Source: Octopus bimaculoides
Lineage: Eukaryota
Reading direction: 5' to 3'
NCBI RefSeq assembly: GCF_001194135.2
Contig: NC_068994.1
Span: 41,359,018-41,423,017, forward strand
DNA length: 64,000 nt
Part shown: one piece after another, positions 62,330 to 64,000 of the stretch
How positions within the stretch are numbered: the stretch's first letter is position 1
Layout of the letters: the number at the start of each line of letters is the position of its first letter
Notes under the pieces: generated by a model
The model's input: only the letters and a program-made list of their open reading frames with translations
What the model was told of the DNA's origin: nothing
The model's database searches: none
Position numbers and translations under genes: made by a program

Positions 62330-62640
62330 ATTAACTAGATTATGGCTCAACTTGCATGACAGCCTCAAGGTGGTTCTGGGACCTGGTGCATATGTTTCTC
62401 ACTGTATCCTTGAGGAGATCTTTGAATATCTCCTTGACTTTGGACACCAGCACAGCCTTGTTGTTGCATATAGAATGGTTGTTGTGTTTCTCAACTGTAC
62501 ACCACACATAGGTAAGTTATGGTATTAAAATCAGCATAATTAGGAGGCCAAAAGCTGGGGCTGGTGAAGTTATTGAAATTCATTGACAAGCATCTTGTTC
62601 CTTTGTCTTCTTACCTGATCCAGTATGGGAAAATGGTTAA
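62330..62640 (-). pseudogene. Second maT-like (Tc1/mariner) transposase C-terminal remnant
   Basis: NFNNFTSPSFWPPNYADFNTI.. then VWCTVEKHNNHSICNNKAVLVSKVKEIFKDLLKDTVRNICTRSQNHLEAVMQ; decayed WPPxSPDxNPxD, paralogous to the 28590-28800 region. Confidence 0.75.
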
Positions 62641-63307
62641 AGGTAAAGAAAGAGAAGAAAACACTGAAATTCCTTCAGTATACTTTACTTTTCATTCCTC
62701 TGAATTTGATAGAATATATATCAGTGAAATACCAGTTCAATGTGATTAATTATTCCTCTCTCTCTCTCTCTCAAATAAATTTGAAGTCTTTTTACACAGG
62801 TATAAAAGAAAAATATTCTCAAGTGCCAGATTTGTAGAACCTCAATGAGATTTATGCACTGGATGTGAAATACCACAAGGTATTTAACTCATTGCTCAGT
62901 CAACTGATTCATGACCCTTTGTTATATTTGCAACCTTTGTGTTATTATAGGGACTGCTGATTTATAAAAGACTTAACAGTTCATAGCCATTATTCCAACA
63001 CGATGATGCCAAAGTAGGTTGAAACAATATCTAAATACTAACATACAACATCCTAACAATGAGGACAAAATAACAATAAACAAAAATAATAAAAAGAAAA
63101 GAAAAGGCAAGAAAGAAACCCACTTGTAAGAAATGCAGTTCCTGTCGGAATTAATTCTACTGCTGTGATAGTTAGCAGTTATAGGAAGCTGTTGCCTTAC
63201 ATACACACATACATACATACATACAAATGCAGATATATGTACAATATACATATGTTATATATGTGTGTGTGTATATATATAGTGCACATACATATATAAA
63301 TATATAT

Positions 63308-63351
<44 letters not shown>

Positions 63352-63395
63352 AATATATATGTATGTATATACATAAATATATGTGTGTGTTTATA

Positions 63396-63463
<68 letters not shown>

Positions 63464-63671
63464 CGCATACAGACACACAGAGAGGCTCTCAGCAGACTTA
63501 ATATGCTACCTTGTAATGACAGCTCAAAAATATGTAGGAAGGAATTTAAGAAAAAAAATAAAATAAAATAAAACTTACAAACAAAACTAATACACTAACA
63601 CAGAATGGAAACTTAAAAAAATATTCAGTAGAGCGAAGTATATTTACATGTTCAAACATATACAGTGTTTG

Positions 63672-63702
<31 letters not shown>

Positions 63703-64000
63703 TGTTGCCGTCGTTGTCATTTTGACACTGAATTTTCCGTGCTTGTTTTGGGTCAGGTGGAGGCACATTTTCTATAGCCCGATTTTTCTTCTACCACTAA
63801 CCCTTACTTGTTTCCAAGCAAAGTAATATATCCCTATGGGTGAACATGTTTCCATGGAAAATTGGAAGTGAATGACTTGCCTTGTAGGACAGTGACACAA
63901 TGTTAAGATGAGGAAGCACACTTATCCGTTTAGATCATGTGTGAACTAAAGCCCCATATTTTGTACATATATATATATATATATATATATAAATGTTTGG

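Noticed and set aside
62340-62511. Plus-strand open frame (LWLNLHDSLKVVLGP..PHI) ending at a perfect AG|GTAAGT donor
   Set aside because: The minus strand of the same DNA is a recognisable maT transposase remnant, so the plus frame is its antisense shadow.

Overview
Eukaryotic, AT-rich, microsatellite-dense window with 16 N-gaps; the repeat inventory and style point to a coleoid cephalopod (Octopus-like) draft assembly (inference from pattern recognition, not a database match). No intact protein-coding gene was found: nearly all ORF-track entries are translations of (TA)n/(CA)n/(TACA)n/(GGT)n/(AAT)n tracts or run through gaps. The window is a layered graveyard of mobile elements. It holds at least four tRNA-derived or other SINE-like families (labelled A, B, D, E here; two copies have visible 15-16 bp TSDs), RTE, L1/Tx1-like and R4/Dong-like (RLE) LINE remnants, mariner (DD34D-type) and maT (DD37D) transposase relics, and piggyBac-like, GG-terminated (8-bp TSD) and foldback MITEs. 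It also holds several Penelope-like (GIY-YIG) pieces. The most interesting signal is a set of type I hammerhead-ribozyme motifs, four well formed and three decayed, carried by Penelope-like or short non-coding elements, most of them next to (TA)n tracts. They include a ~1 kb divergent inverted-repeat Penelope unit with a hammerhead in each arm. Three weak micro-exon candidates are the only hints of a host gene.
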